Part shown: piece by piece, positions 11,380-25,770 of the stretch
Layout of the letters: each line of letters begins with the position of its first letter
Numbering within the stretch: the stretch's first letter is position 1
Origin: Malacoraja senta
Taxonomy: Eukaryota
Assembly (NCBI GenBank): GCA_038087875.1
Contig: CM075990.1
Span: 7,690,001 to 7,754,000, forward strand
DNA: 64,000 nucleotides
Direction of reading: 5' to 3'
Program-made: the position numbers and the translations under genes
Notes under the pieces: model-generated
Databases searched by the model: none
The model's input: only the letters and a program-made list of their open reading frames with translations
Told to the model about the DNA's origin: nothing

Positions 11380-12102
11380 TAGTTAGACACTGTTAACATC
11401 ATTGTTAGACACAAAATCCTGGAGTAACTCCGCAGGTCAAGTAGCATCCCTGGAGAAGATGGACAGGTGATATTTTGGGTCGGGTCCCTTCTTCAGACTG
11501 ATTGTGGTTGGCAATAGGTGAACACAGGCAGGGAGGGTGGGGGGGCTTCTTTGATATGCAGATTGTTGGACAAAGGCCAGAGATGAAGAGACAGATGTGG
11601 ATCCCAAGGTTAAATAGTTGGGAATTGTTATGCTGGGGGGGATAGAAAAAATTGCGAATTGTGATCGAAGATAGACACAAAAAGCTGGAGTAACTCAGCG
11701 AGTCAGACAGCATCTCTGGATAGAAGGAATAGCTGACGGTTTGGGTCGAGACCCTTCTTCAGACTGGAAAATTCAATGTTCAGACAGATTACAGTTCTCA
11801 ATGAAGCCCCAACCCCCACACGACCTCAGAGATCTTGTGTGGGCCATTCGTGCTCCATGGAGTGTTGCTTGCGTACGCTGAAATCCCACCACATGGTGTT
11901 GGAGTGTTGGGTCAGTTAGCACCTGGCTCCTTGGCCCAATATCAGCCTCTCCACTGAGCATGAACGTAACGGAAGAGTTATTTACCATTGAAGGGGACCG
12001 GCCAAGTCACCTCCTATGCTAGCTCTCTCTCGCTCTTCGGACTTTGGTGGCTGAAGGGCACAAAGTGGCTCCAGCTATCTAGAATGGGGTAAATCATTGC
12101 AT

Positions 12103-12405
12103 AGTTTAGCTTAGAGATACAGCTCGGAAACAGGCCCTTCGGCCCACTGCGTCCGCGCTGACCAGCGATCCCCGCACATTAACACCCCCTGCACACGCCA
12201 GGGAGAATTTACATTTATACCAAGCCAATTAACCTACAAACCTGTACGTCTTTGTGGTGTGGGAAGAAACCGAAGGTCTTGGAGAAAGCCCACGCAGTTC
12301 ATGGGGAGAATGTACAGACTCCGTACGGACAAGCACCAGTAGTCAGGATCGAACCCGGGTCTCTGGCGCTGTACGGCAGCAACTCTACCACTGCGCCACC
12401 GTGCC
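12103..12405 (-). mobile_element. HE1/V-SINE-like SINE
   Basis: Full-length match to the other copies. Confidence 0.85.
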
Positions 12406-13142
12406 ACTCACAGGATAGTTGAACTTAGAGGCGGAACACCGTTTGACTCAGGAACGTACGATTGAAGGGATTCAGTGATTGAATCTGACAGGCGTGTGCA
12501 TTTAGTCACTGAATGAGCGAAATAATATTCTAATCCAGAGAACGGTGTCTTGTTCACTAATCATCAGCCTGTTACATGGACCAATGAATTCTGAAACACT
12601 GTTGTCATGGAAATGGAAAAAAGATGCCTGTTGAAGTTAATGAAATTTGGAGGGATTATTAATTACACTATGAGGCATCAATTATGGATTTTATTCAAAT
12701 TATTTACAGTTTTCCACTGCAAATTAGCCAAATTATAAAATAGACCACTGTAAGTGTGTCAGCCTCGTTGACACAAGGGGGTGATTGGAATGAACTAATT
12801 GAGCACATTCATCTGAATATCTAACCTACATTGCTTTCAGAAATTATGTCTGGAAATTGCATTAGACACTTGATATGTTTGCTTTACTTATTTACGCGTG
12901 CAGAGAGTGTGGGCTTATATAATTTCTGGGATGGCTGTTCCGTGGCTTTGCTGTACGGGCATAATGGTGACTAACTGGACGCAGTGGAAGGGGAGTCATC
13001 TCCCCCAGTCCAACCTCTCCAACATGCAAGAGACACGATACTGTAAAATGTTTGTGACCAAGGTCCGGGCGGAACGAGTGAAGAGGGAAAAGAGAACGGA
13101 GTGGACCAAGCTGGATTGAGAAAGTGAAATTATGCAGAGGTA

Positions 13143-13435
13143 CAGAGATACAGCACGGAAACAGGCCCTTCGGCCCAACGAGTCGGCGCCGACCAGCGAT
13201 CCCCGCACATTAACACTACCCTACACGCACTCGGGACAATTTACCCGTACACCAAACCAATCAACCTACAAGCCTGTGCGTCTTTGGAGTGCGGGAGGAA
13301 ACCGAAGATCCCGGAGAAAACCCCCGTGGTCACGGGGAGAACGTACGGACAAGCACCCGTAGTCGGGATCGAACCCGGGTCTTTGGCGCTGCAAACGCTG
13401 TAAGGCAGCAACTCTACCGCTGTGCCACAGTGCCG
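13143..13435 (-). mobile_element. HE1/V-SINE-like SINE
   Basis: Full-length match to the other copies. Confidence 0.85.
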
Positions 13436-13733
13436 GATCCACTTGCCAGAGAAAGAGGGAGGGAGAAAGATTTGGGAGAACAAAAATGATTGAGAGAGTG
13501 ACAAAGAGGGTGCACAGGGTGAGAGGTGTGAAGGTGCACGAGAGAGACACGGCAGTGTTGATAACTGTTCTTGAATTATGGAGGAAGAAACAATGACATA
13601 AATATGATTTCCCTGCTTCTGATACATTTGTAAATATTTACATTCATTTCGAAAGAGTTCAGGGAAGAACTGTAGTCACAGGAAAAATTCTATTGTGACA
13701 CAAACTGAGAGGAACAGAACAACTCAACACATT

Positions 13734-14106
13734 TTTTTTTTTAATAAAAAAAATGTATTCAATTATAAAAAAAATAATATTACACTACAATATAACAAAC
13801 CAGATCCCACCACCATAATACAAAATATTCTTAATAAACTACTATACAGCGATCTTACACTCCTTGCCAAGGATGCATTCAACACCCTGCGGTCCCGGAA
13901 CTCCCCCAGGGTGCCCGTGGACAGGGCGTATTCCCTTTCTAACCCCACCCGGGCACGGACATAACCCCGGAAAAGGGGCAGGCAGCCGGCTCGGGTAGAG
14001 CCCTCCACCGCCTGGCGCCGTGACTCGCGGATGGCCAGCTTGGCCAGGCCCAGGAGCAACCCAACCAGGACATCTTCAGCCCTACCCTCTCCCCTACGCA
14101 CAGGGT
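13734..14106 (-). mobile_element. Tx1/L1-clade LINE 3' fragment
   Basis: ORF LLLGLAKLAIRESRRQ...FRGYVRARVGLERE; poly-T at the left; TSD GAACA(A/T)CTCAACACATT (13717-13733, 14107-14123). Confidence 0.75.
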
Positions 14107-14994
14107 GAACATCTCAACACATTGGAGGCAATGAAATTGAGAATAGTCCCAAAGATAAAAAGCTGGTAGAAGTGGGGGTCTAAAACGTGGGTTGCAAACA
14201 CACCCTGGTGAGAGGAGAGAGCGGCAAAGCTGTAGAGGAGGGGAGTTCTAGAGCTTGGTTCTCAGGCAGTGAATTATCAATGGGCAATGGTTCTTTATTG
14301 TCACATGTACCAAGGCACAGTGAAATTGTTTGTTTTGCTTGCGGTTCAGTAAATGATCACCATACATAAGCACAATCCCAGATCAAGTACAAAGTGTATA
14401 GAAGTGTACAAATTGTATCTAGTGTGTATGGGATACTGTCAATGTGCGGGGATCTCTAGTCCATACGGACTCAGTGGGCTAAAGGGCCTGTTTCAGCACT
14501 GTATCTCTAAACTAAACTAAACTAATCTACAATGGGATATAAATTCTCCAGGATTATATAACTCCCAGCAGAGGGAATATCTGGAAACAATGAGAGAATT
14601 TGCAGCAATATTGTCAGTGTTTTTTGAAGCATGCTCGACACAAATAGCGTTCCTGGCTCATTGCCAGCTTCCTGGTTGTATTTTGCTTTGGTATGAATTT
14701 GTCGGCTCGTGTAAGGTCAACTCCAGTGCGTTCCTTCAATGACAACACAGATACGTACGTGCCTATGTTGGCAGCGTTGCTCTCTGTTTCATCTGTGGAG
14801 ATGCGCTTGAGTAGATGAAGGGTCTGCTGTCAGTCCAATTAATGTGCGTGGGAGGCTCAGCAGCTTCCAAGTAAAGCATCGGACAAGTAGGCGAGGGAAG
14901 CCGAGGTCACTGCAGATGGAAGCCGAGAAGGAGAGGGAGCTGTCCAAATCCTGCACCTCCCTGGACTCCACCACCTTCTGCATCTGTGGCATTC

Positions 14995-15452
14995 TGTGGC
15001 TAAGTCAATGGATATTTTTAAGGCCGAGATAGATAGCCAAAAACAGACAAATGGGACCAGGTGTGGTTGGTACCTTGCTGACCTCAGCAGGGTTGAATTG
15101 GGCCTGTTTATGGATAGTGTGGATGTGGAGAGGATGGTTCTACTATTGGGAGAGTCTAGGACCCAAGGTCTAGGCCTCAGAATGAAAAGACGTTCCTTTA
15201 CGAAGGAGATGAGGAGCAATTTCTTTACTCAGAGGGTGGTGAATCTGTGGGATTCATTGCCACAGAAGACTGTGGATATTTTTAAGGTAGAAATAGATGG
15301 ATTCTTGATTAGTACAGGTGTCAGGGGTTATGGGGAGAAGGCAGGAGAAAGGGGTTAGGAGAGAGAGATAGATCAGCCATGATTGAATGGCGGAATAGAC
15401 TTGATGGGTCCAAATGGCCTAATTCTGCTCCTATCACTTATGACCTTATGAT
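14995..15452 (+). mobile_element. CR1 3' fragment(s)
   Basis: GESRT...NFFTQRVVNLW; 3' UTR GATCAGCCATGATTGAATGGCGG; (TTATGACC) tail. Confidence 0.8.
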
Positions 15453-15981
15453 GTGCTCCAGTTCAGTTTATTTTCCCCCATCTTAAGCTCCAGCCTCACT
15501 TATTTCATTTTCACGCTCCTTCCTTCTTTTCCCGAGATGGAGAGGCAGGAAATGGTTATTTTGCCCCTCCTCAAGAAAGGAGAGGTGAATCATTCTCTAA
15601 ACTTACTGAGTCATCCGGATCGTACGTTTGTTCGACAGCACGGAAACCTCTTCTGCTGCGCTTTTCACAAGTATAGTTTCTGATAATATTTACAAGTATA
15701 ATGCGGTGAAATAAATATTCCATCTACCACCACAGTGAGCCTAGATCCGATGCTGGCACGGCTTTTACTGCCATAAAAATCAAAGCATCCAACAGGAACT
15801 AGCCAGAATGAATATTTTATTCCAATCTATTAATGGAGAATATTCTTTATTATTAATGAAACTTGGGCCAACGAGGTCTCTCCGTGTGTAGAAAGTGACA
15901 GTCGTTCAGTCTAATTGTACCCCCTCGCACCAGCTCTCTTCCCGAACATATAAAGCCTGTTTGAAAGCCTGATGGAATAAA

Positions 15982-16284
15982 GTTTTATTTTAGAGATACA
16001 TCGTGGAAACAGGACCTTCGCCCCACGGAGTCCGCGCCGACCAGCGATCACCACACACTAACACTATCCTACACACACTAGGGACAATTTGCAATTATAC
16101 CAAGCCAATTAACCTACAAACCTGTACGTCTTTGGAGTCTGGGAGGAAACCGGAGATCCTGGAGAAAACCCACTCAGGTCATGGGGAGAATGGACAAACT
16201 CTGTACAGACAGGCACCCGTAGTCAGGATCGAACCCGGGTCAGTGGTGCTGTAAGGCAGCAACTTACTCTGCGCCACTGTGCCG
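15982..16284 (-). mobile_element. HE1/V-SINE-like SINE
   Basis: Full-length match to the other copies. Confidence 0.85.
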
Positions 16285-17119
16285 GGTAGCCGGGGAATTT
16301 AATCTCTCTTCCAAAACACAGCAGAAGAAATTATTCACGTTATTTATTCCCTTTAACGTATCTGTACGCTGTGGACGGCTTCATCGTAATCATGTGTTGT
16401 CTTTCTTTTGACTGGTTATCACGCAACACAAGCTTTTCACCGTACCTCGGTGTACGTGACAATAAACTAAACTCAACTCAACAAAAGTTCACGGGGAGAG
16501 CGTACAAACCCCGTACAGACAACAGCCGCAGTCAGGATTGAACTCGGGTCTCCGGCGCTGTATGGCTGTAGCTCCACCACTGCGCCACCATGCAGCCCAC
16601 TGATGAACAAGAACTTTTGTCTCAGCCACCAGGGAGGCTGTAATGGAAGCTCTCGTAATATCAGCTTCTCTCTGACTTCCTGGAGCGATCTGCTGATGTG
16701 GAAGTGGCACGAGACTGAGAATGATCTGATGTTAATGAACTGGCTTGGAAATTAGCAGCCTGTCCACAAACTGCACGCTCACTACAGAGAGTGAGGAAAA
16801 CGCTACAGGATTCCCCTGCCTGATTGTGACCCATTGCAGAGAGAGACGGACACAGCCCAGGCAACAGATACTGTCCCATCACCCCCATGTTAGAGAGAGG
16901 GGCAGTGTTCTGGGTTCATGGGCCGTGATGTCATTGAAGGGAAATCTGCACCCGGACCCGTGACCTGTGTTTCAGGGCGAGGAAGCTGGTTGGTGTCACT
17001 GTCCACTCATGTTGGTCAGTGTGCTTGTGTGTGTGTGTGCGTGTGCCTGTGTGTGTGTACACGTGCGTGTTTGCACACACTGAGTGTCTGCCTGCCTGTG
17101 TGCATGCATGTGCGCGCAC

Positions 17120-17149
17120 ATAATAATAATAATAATAATAATAATAATA
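17120..17149. repeat. (AAT)n microsatellite
   Basis: About 10 tandem units. Confidence 0.95.
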
Positions 17150-17828
17150 TATCTTTGTTGTCATTGTACAAGAACAACAAGAGTAAAATTGCAAACTTCC
17201 GTATCGATGCTATAAAATAAATAAATAAGGTAAAAGTACAAATAGGTCCATGTACACTAAGGTTAAACATTACAGCAGCTGTCACTTGTGTTGAGATAAG
17301 TCAGTTATGCCAGTTGATGATGGGGGACAAAGACATACCGGTCTGTGTGCGTGAGTGCGTGTATGTGTAAATATGCCTGTGCGTGCATGTGTGTACATGT
17401 GGTTGATGTTCACTCTGATTCTCCCAAGAGCCTTGAGCCTTTTCCTGTCCAGTGAATTACATGGAACATTTTGACAGCGATCGGCGATGAGCACAACTGC
17501 TCTCTGCCAGCTCTCGTGCTCCACACAGGGATCCTCCCTCCCTCCACCACTCACCCATCCTTCCATTCAGTTCTCCTTCCAGACTTCCCCCAATGGCAAC
17601 TCTGATATTTGTCCCAACTACGCTTCCCAGGGGTGAGTTGCACATTCTCCCACTCCCCAAGTGAAGTTGTGTCTCCTGAATTCCCAGGTGGATTCATTGG
17701 CGATATGGTTCAGAGATTCCAGTTCAGTTTAGTTTATTGTCACGTGTACAGAGGTAGAGTGAAAAGCTTTTGTGGCATGCTATTCTGTCAGCGGAAAGAC
17801 AATACATGATTATAGTCGAGCCATTTAC

Positions 17829-18437
17829 TTTTTTTTCTTCTTTTTTTTAATTTATTTTTATTAGAAGCAATTGTACAAAGATAAAACATTCGGCATCTAA
17901 GATTATACAATTATTGTGCAGCTTAATTTTTAACCTTATAACCTGAAAATGAAAAAAGAAAAGAAAAAGAGGATAAGAAAGGGTAAAAGTGAGAAGTGAA
18001 AAGATAGCTCGAAAAAGAACAAAGGAAAGATCCCTAAACTACCAAAGTAGTGTGGCCAAAAGATATAGAGATACAGAAAAGAGAAAGAGAAAGGTGGAGA
18101 TATACCCCCCCCCCCCCCGCCCCCACGCCCGCCACCCACGCCCACCTCACCCAGCCCGGCATCGAATTTAAATTTAGATTTGTGTTGCACCATACTATTC
18201 TTGTAAGAATTCGGTGAAGGGTGTCCATGTCTTGAGAAATTGATCTGGTTTTTCCGCCATGACAAGCCTAATATTTTCCAAATGTAGTGTCTCGGACATG
18301 TTTGTAATCCACATCTTCACTGTAGGGACTGTTGTCTGTTTCCAAAATGTAGGTGTTAGTTTCTTCGCCGTTATCAGGCCATAGTTAAGGAGACGTCTTT
18401 GAAATAGTGTTAGCTCAGAACAGGCTTCTGACATACC
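17829..18437 (-). mobile_element. L1-clade LINE 3' fragment inserted in a Rex1-like 3' end
   Basis: ORF LLNYGLITAKKL..FWKQTTVPTVKMWITNMSETLHLENIR is homologous to the 8532-9209 ORF end; TSD AGTCGAGCCATTTAC (17814-17828, 18438-18452). Confidence 0.85.
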
Positions 18438-19269
18438 AGTCGAGCCATTTACAATGTACAGATACATGATAAGGGAATAACGTTTAGCACAAGGTAAAGC
18501 CAGCAAAGCCCGATCAAGGATAGTCCGAGGGACATCAGAGGTAGATAGTAGTTCAGCGCTGCTCTCTGGTTGTGGTAGGGTGATTCAGTTACCTGATAAC
18601 AGCTGGGAAGAAACTGTCCCTCAATCTGGGGGTGTGCGTTTTCACACTTTACACTTTCACACTTTTCCTTTGTACAACTTCCAAGAATAAATGGGGACTC
18701 AAGACACTGCAGATGTTGGAATCTTGAGCTAAAAGCAAGGTGCAGGAGGGCCTCAGCAGGTCAGGCAGCATCTGTGGGAGGGAATGGCCAGACGCTGTTT
18801 CCGGTCGGGACCTTTCTTCAGACTGATCCAACATTAAATGGCCCTGAGCAGTTGAAACTGGACAACGCGGGGCAGAGCAAAATTGCATCTGTTTCCAGGT
18901 CCCTCGGCCCCAGTGAGACATTTACTCTCTGACAGTCCGTGGGATTGTTTTTTTGTCCATTCTAAATCCCCTCCAAACGAGTTCCTCCAGCAATTTGTGT
19001 CTTTTTTCAAACTTAGTATTCCTCGTCATTTGATCCAGCATATTATCACACACTGAACCAATTGTCTACACCTGCAGCCTATGACTCGTGTAGAAAAGGA
19101 CATCACTTGAATTTCTACATCCACTAGCTTGACTGGTATAGAAAAAATCATGAGGGGAATTGATAAGGTGATTTTTTTTAAACCCAGGATAGTGGAATCA
19201 AGGACCAGAGAACAACGAGATGCAAACTTGCATCAACACTGATGTTCCCTCAAGATCTCATCTGAGTTT

Positions 19270-19880
19270 CATCAGTTCATTAGTGATAGGAACAGTATTA
19301 TGAGATTCGTCCCATCAAGTCTACTCTGCCATTCAATCTTGGATCTACCTTTCCCTCTTAACCCCATTCTCCTTCCTTCTCACCATAACCCCTGACACCC
19401 GTACTAATCAAGAATCTATCTATCTCTGCCTTAAATATATAAATTGACTTGCCCTCCACAGCCTTCTGTTGCAATGAATTCCACAGATTCACCAATCTCT
19501 GATTAAAGAAATTCCTCCTCATCTTCCTAAAGGAATGTCCTTTAATTCTGACTCTATGGCCTCTGGTCCTAGACTCTCCCACTTGTGGAAACATCCTCTC
19601 CAGACCCACTCTATCCAGGCCTTTCACTATTTGGTAAGCTTCAATGAGGTCTCCCCTCATCCTTCTAAACTCCAGCGAGTGCCATCAAACGCTCATCATT
19701 TGTTAACCCACTCATTCCTGGGATCATTCACAGAAACCTCCTCTGGACTCTCTCCAAAGCCACAGCCTCCTGACACCCGTACCGATCAAGAATCTATCTA
19801 TCTATCTCTGCCTTTAAAAATATCCATTGACTTGGCCTCCACAGCCTTCGGTGGCAAAGAATTCCACAGATTCCCCACCG
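19270..19880 (-). mobile_element. CR1 3' fragment with a local duplication
   Basis: ORF MRGDLIEAYQIVKGLDRV...RTRGH...FFNQRLVNLWNSL. Confidence 0.85.
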
Positions 19881-20284
19881 TCACCAGCACCACTAGGTTT
19901 ATTCTAATGGAATGAAGGAGTGTGCGGCCAATCCAAGCAGTGACAGGCTTGGCCCACATCCATGGCCGTTAAGACCATAAACCTCGATTAAGAAGTTAAT
20001 GGCGTGGGTTGAAGATTAGCTGGCACGGAATTAACATGAGTTAATCTTGTCACTTCAGCTTGTTTTATCGAGGTGACGGAAGTCCAATTCAAATTCTCTC
20101 ATCTGTAAATCAATTATGAATTGTACACTCTGGCAATATTTTATCAAGAATTTGTGGACCTGTCGTTTAGCTGAAATAAGGCTGTGCAAAGTCTGTCACA
20201 CGATTCCCCCCCAAATTAGCTGCTCTTTCACTGCTCAATTGTCTTCCAATTCTTTGGACACTTGATCGCAAATGATGTGATGGA

Positions 20285-20690
20285 CCAGCATAGGGTGGTT
20301 CAGGCTCAGCCCAGTGTGGAACAGCCAAGGCCAGCATGGATCAATGTGGGCCAATGTGGGTCAGTCCTGGCCAGTCTTAGCCAGTGTGGGTAAGCCTGGG
20401 CCACTGTGGGTCAGTCTAGGCCCATCTGGGTCGGTGTGGGCCAGTCTGGGTCAGTGTGCACCAGTCTGGATCAGTCTGAGCCACTGTGGGTCAGTCTAGA
20501 CACGTCTGGGTTGGTGTGGGCCAGTCTGGATCAGTCTGGGTCAGTAAGCACCAGTCTGGGTCAATATGGGCCAGACTGGATCAGTATGGGCCAGTCTGGG
20601 TCAGTGTGAGCCGGTCTGGACTAGTCTGGGTCAGTGTGAGCCTGTCTAGGTCAGTGTGATCCAGTCTAAGTCAGTCTGAGTCAGTCTAAG
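20285..20690. repeat. Degenerate 10-bp minisatellite (YCAGTSTGGG)n
   Basis: CCAGTCTGGG / TCAGTGTGGG units stay in 10-bp register. Confidence 0.85.
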
Positions 20691-21171
20691 GGTCTCGGCC
20701 AGTAACCTCACCTACCCGTGGTCTCCAGAGATGTTGCCTGTCCCACCGAGTTACTCCAGCACTTTGTGTCTTTTTTGTCCTGCCCCGCTTCTTTTCCAGC
20801 TTTCTCCTACCTTCTACAATCCATCTGAAGAAGAGTACTGACCCGAAACCGTCTCCTATTCACAACCTCCAGAGATGCTGCCTGACCCGCTGAGTAACTC
20901 CAGCACTTTGTGGGGGGTTTTTTGTTGCAAACTTGCATCTGCAGTCCCTTGTCTCTCTGATCGCCCACACACTTCACAGCAGGAGCATCAAGATGTAATG
21001 GACCAGCTTAGCTCTGCTAGCTGCCGCTTCTACCTCCCGAGTTCACACTCGGGTTGAAAGACAGAAAATGGAACGACCTTACCTTGAGTAACTGCGCCTT
21101 GCCACCCCTTAGCCCCACCACCCCTAGTTGAAGCCTTCCTCATCACACCTGCACTTAGACTTCAAGCACAG

Positions 21172-21590
21172 TCGCTCTCGAGGTTCAGAAGAATGAGGGG
21201 AGACCTCATTGAAAAGTACCGAATAGTGAAAGGCTTGGATAGAGTGGATGTGGAGAGGATGTTTCCACTAGTGGGAGAGTCTAGGACTGGAGGTCATGGA
21301 CCAGAATTAAAGGACTTTCCTTTAGGAAGGAGTTGAGGAGGAATTTCCTTATTCAGTGGGTGGTGAATCTGTGGAATTCTTTGCCACAGAAGACGATAGC
21401 GGCAAAGCCTGTGGATATTTTAAGGCAGTGGTAGATAGATTCTTGATTAGTACGGGTATCAGGGGTTATGGGGAGAACGCAGGTGAATGGAGTTGAGAGG
21501 GAAAGATAGATCAGCCATGATTGAATGGTGGAGTCGACTTGATGGGCTGAATGGCCTAATTCTGCTCCTATCACTTATGGCCTTATGACA
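21172..21590 (+). mobile_element. CR1 3' fragment
   Basis: Same text as 43673-44075 and 29430-29825; ends TCACTTATGGCCTTATGA. Confidence 0.85.
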
Positions 21591-22035
21591 TGCTCACTCC
21601 ACCACAGCGAGCCTCTGTTTTATACGCTGGAGCTCACGATGTTACCCTCTGATAGCAAAGAGGCAAACCTTCAGCCACTCCCTCACCATCCACTGTTTTA
21701 GTTCGACCACAATGTCCGAGCATCCAGACCCTGAACTGGGAATCCTCTTTCTCACTTTGATACCCATTCTATTTACCTTGCTCTCTGTTCACCCACTGCA
21801 CTGCCTACATTCATTGCAGGGCTGAATTCAGTTCAATAAACTCACAATGGATGAGGAGCAACTTGCCCACGGTTCTTCACGGCATTCTCATCCCATGATT
21901 CCCTGATTTTCAACTCCCCAAGGTCCCCATTCTATTCTATTTTTTTCAATCTTACTCTGGTTGAAGAATCTGCATAATTCTTTCAATTATATCCCCTATC
22001 TCTCATCTTCTGTCCATCATTTTTCTGAATCCTGC

Positions 22036-22567
<532 letters not shown>

Positions 22568-24386
22568 CTCCTTGTTCTATTCTCCTGCACCAAGGAACTA
22601 CTAACAATCTTCACCTTTAGCATAATGACATTTCCCAAGCTTAATGGAAAATAGGACATTGAGCCACCGTGGTCTGGTCAAAGTCTCAGCCAACGAGTTA
22701 AGGTCAAGAGTGTTTTAACAGATTGTGATGAAATTTCAGCCATCTGAATATACAGTTGCCATTGAGTGAAGTAAAATTAGAGAATGCAAGAAGACAGAAT
22801 TGGGTTGATATAAATACAGAGACGCACGATAGAACTAAAGGATTAGGAATATTGCTCGAAGCTGCAGAAAGACACAGAACTCTGATTAGGGTTTTAACAC
22901 GAGTTTGTTGCTTAATCAAAAACTGATGCAGAATAGTAAAGTTGGGAAATGGGATTTGGTTCTGGGCGCCAGAGTTCTGGGATTATCTCTAGTTTATGGA
23001 GCGTAGAAGAGCCAGGTTGGCCCAGAGGGGATTGGCATAGTCAAGTCCTGAAGAAGGATGGATCAGGGCTAGTCTGGGACGAGAGCCTGCTGGGCTGATG
23101 TTACCAGAGATGCAAAGTGCCCATGACGACAATAGTGTCCGAAGAAGGGTCTCGACACGAAACATCATCCATTCCTTCTCTCCAGAGTTACTGCCTGTCC
23201 TGCCTGCAAAACGCTCCAGCATTTTTTACCTATCTTCGGTTACACCAGCACCTGGAAAAAACTCACGCAGTCACAGGGAGATTGTGCAAACTCCACACAG
23301 ACAGTACCCAATGTCAGGATCGAACCATGATCTCCGGCAATGTGAGGCAGCCACTGTGCCACCCTCGATGAAAGGGATGGATAGAAAATGATGGGATGAT
23401 GTGAATTAAAGTCGTTGCTGCTGACTCATCAATTGTGACAACAAATAAGTCTGTAACTATACAAGAGCAGTCCGAGAATCAGGGGAGAGGGAATCTAGAG
23501 GTATGAAGAGGTACAAAGAAGAAATGAATGAAAGGTATGAAAAGAACAAATCAAAGCCAGCAATGATGATCAAGGAAAGGTGTCCTGCCTCCTCCATTGT
23601 CAGACTGAGGCCAAACCCAAATTGGAGGAACAGCACCTCATATTTCGCTTGGGCAACTTAAGGGCCTGTCCCACTTGGGCGACCTAATCCGCGAGTCCTG
23701 GGGAGTTTGCCCTCGACTCATACTCGCAGCATGGTCGACACTAGGTCATAGGAGGTCTTCGCAACTCTCCTTCATGCTCGAAAGTAGTCCCCGCGTACTC
23801 GAGGCCTCAGCTAGGTCGCGGCGTTTTATTCAATATGTTAAAAAATGCCCGCGAGTAAAAAAAGGTCGCCATGGAAAAAATCGATACTCTTTTTACTCGT
23901 AGGTTTAGTCGTAGTAGGTCGGCATGTTAGTCGTAGGTAGTCGAGGGTAGTCGAAGGTAGTCGTAGATAGTCTTCATCATAGTCGAAGGGAGGTCGAAGG
24001 AGATCGACACTACCTGTGCCACGCGACAGTGAGAGTAGGAATGGAGCGAGGTGGAGGATAAATGCGTGGCTGAAGGACTGGTGCAGAAGGCCGGGATTCC
24101 AGTTTCTGGATCATTGGAACCTCTTTTGGGGAAGGTGCGACCTGTACAAAAAGGACGGGTTGCACTTGAACCCGAGGGGGACCAATATCCTGGCGGGGAG
24201 ATTTGCAAAGGCTACTGGGGAGACTTTAAACTAGAACGGTTGGGGGGAGGGAGTCAAATAGAGAAAGCTAGTAGACAGGGTGTGAGGCAGGAGGCAGAGA
24301 AGGGAAGAACTCAGACCTAATATGTAGGGGGGAAAGAAGAAAAAGATAATAAGCAGAGAATAAGAGGTGGTGGGTTTCTTAAATGT

Positions 24387-25322
24387 GTGAGCAGAGAGAC
24401 AGAGGGGTGTAAAATGAGGGTAGAAGCAATAGGTAACAAGGTGAAAAGTAAAAGTGGTAGGCAGACAAATCCAGGGCAAAAATCTAAAATGGCCATTTTT
24501 CAACATAATTGTATAAGGGGTAAGAGTGTTGTAAAAACAAGCCTGAAGGCTTTGTGTCTCAATGCAAGGAGCATTCGTAATAAGGTGGGTGAGTTGAATG
24601 TGCAGATAGCTATTAATGACTATGATATAGTTGGGATCACGGAGACATGGCTCCAGGGTGACCAAGGCTGGGAGCTGAACATCCAGGGATATTTAATATT
24701 CAGGAGGGATAGACAGAAAGGAAAAGGAGGTGGTGTAGCATTGCTGGTTAGAGAGGAGATTAACGCAATAGAAAGGAAGGACATTAGCTTGGAGGATGTG
24801 GAATCGATATGGGTAGAGCTGCGAAACACTAAGGGGACGAAAACGCTGGTGGGAGTTGTGTACAGGCCACCTAACAGTAGTAGTGGAGTTGGGGATGGCA
24901 TCAAACAGGAAATTAGAAATGCGTGCAACAAAGGTAAAACAGTTATAATGAGTGACTTCAATCTACATATAGATTGGGTGAATCAAATTGGCAGGGGTGC
25001 TGAGGAAGAGGATTTCTTGGAATGTATGCGGGATAGTTTTCTAAATCAACATGTAGAGGAACCAACGAGAGAGCAGGCTATTCTAGATTGGGTATTGAGT
25101 AATGAGGAAGGGTTAGTTAGCAGTCTTGTTGTGCGTGGCCCCTTGGGCAAGAGTGACCATAATATGGTTGAGTTCTTCATTAGGATGGAGAGTGACATAA
25201 TTAATTCAGAAACAAGGGTCCTGAACTTAAAGAAAGGTAACTTTGAGGGTATGAGACGTGAATTGGCCAAGATAGACTGGCAATTGATTCTTAAAGGTGG
25301 ATATGCAATGGAAGGCATTTAA
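24387..25322 (+). pseudogene. CR1 ORF2 apurinic endonuclease domain (frameshifted near 25297)
   Basis: NARSIRNK, GITETWL, GGGVALLV, YRPPNS, ILDWVL, KSDHNMV. An 8-bp deletion relative to the 46828 copy breaks the frame. Confidence 0.85.
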
Positions 25323-25770
25323 AAGGCTGCATGGATGAACTACAACAATTGTTCATCCCAGTTTGGCAAAAGAATAAATCAGGGAAGGTAGTGCATCCGT
25401 GGATAACAAGGGAAATCAGGGATAGTATCAAAACAAAAGATGAAGCATACAAATTAGACAGAAAAAGCAGCCTACCAGAGGACTGGGGGAAATTCAGAGT
25501 CCTGCAGAGGAGGACAAATGGTTTAATTAGGAAAGGGAAAATAGATTATGAAGAAAACTGGCAGGGAACATAAAAACTGACTGCAAACATTTTTATAGAT
25601 ATGTCAAGAGAAAAAGATTAGTTAAAACAAATGTAGGTCCCTTGCAGTTAGAAACAGTGAACTGATCATGGGGAACAAGGACATGGCAGACCAATTAAAT
25701 AACTACTTTGGTTCTGTCTTCACTAAGGAAGACTTAATTAAATTGCCGGAAATAGCAGGTTAGCCGGGAA

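Noticed and set aside
12820..12860. Possible splice acceptor CATTGCTTTCAG as another NRG3 exon
   Set aside because: The downstream sequence shows no recognisable NRG3 peptide and I could not define a credible exon.
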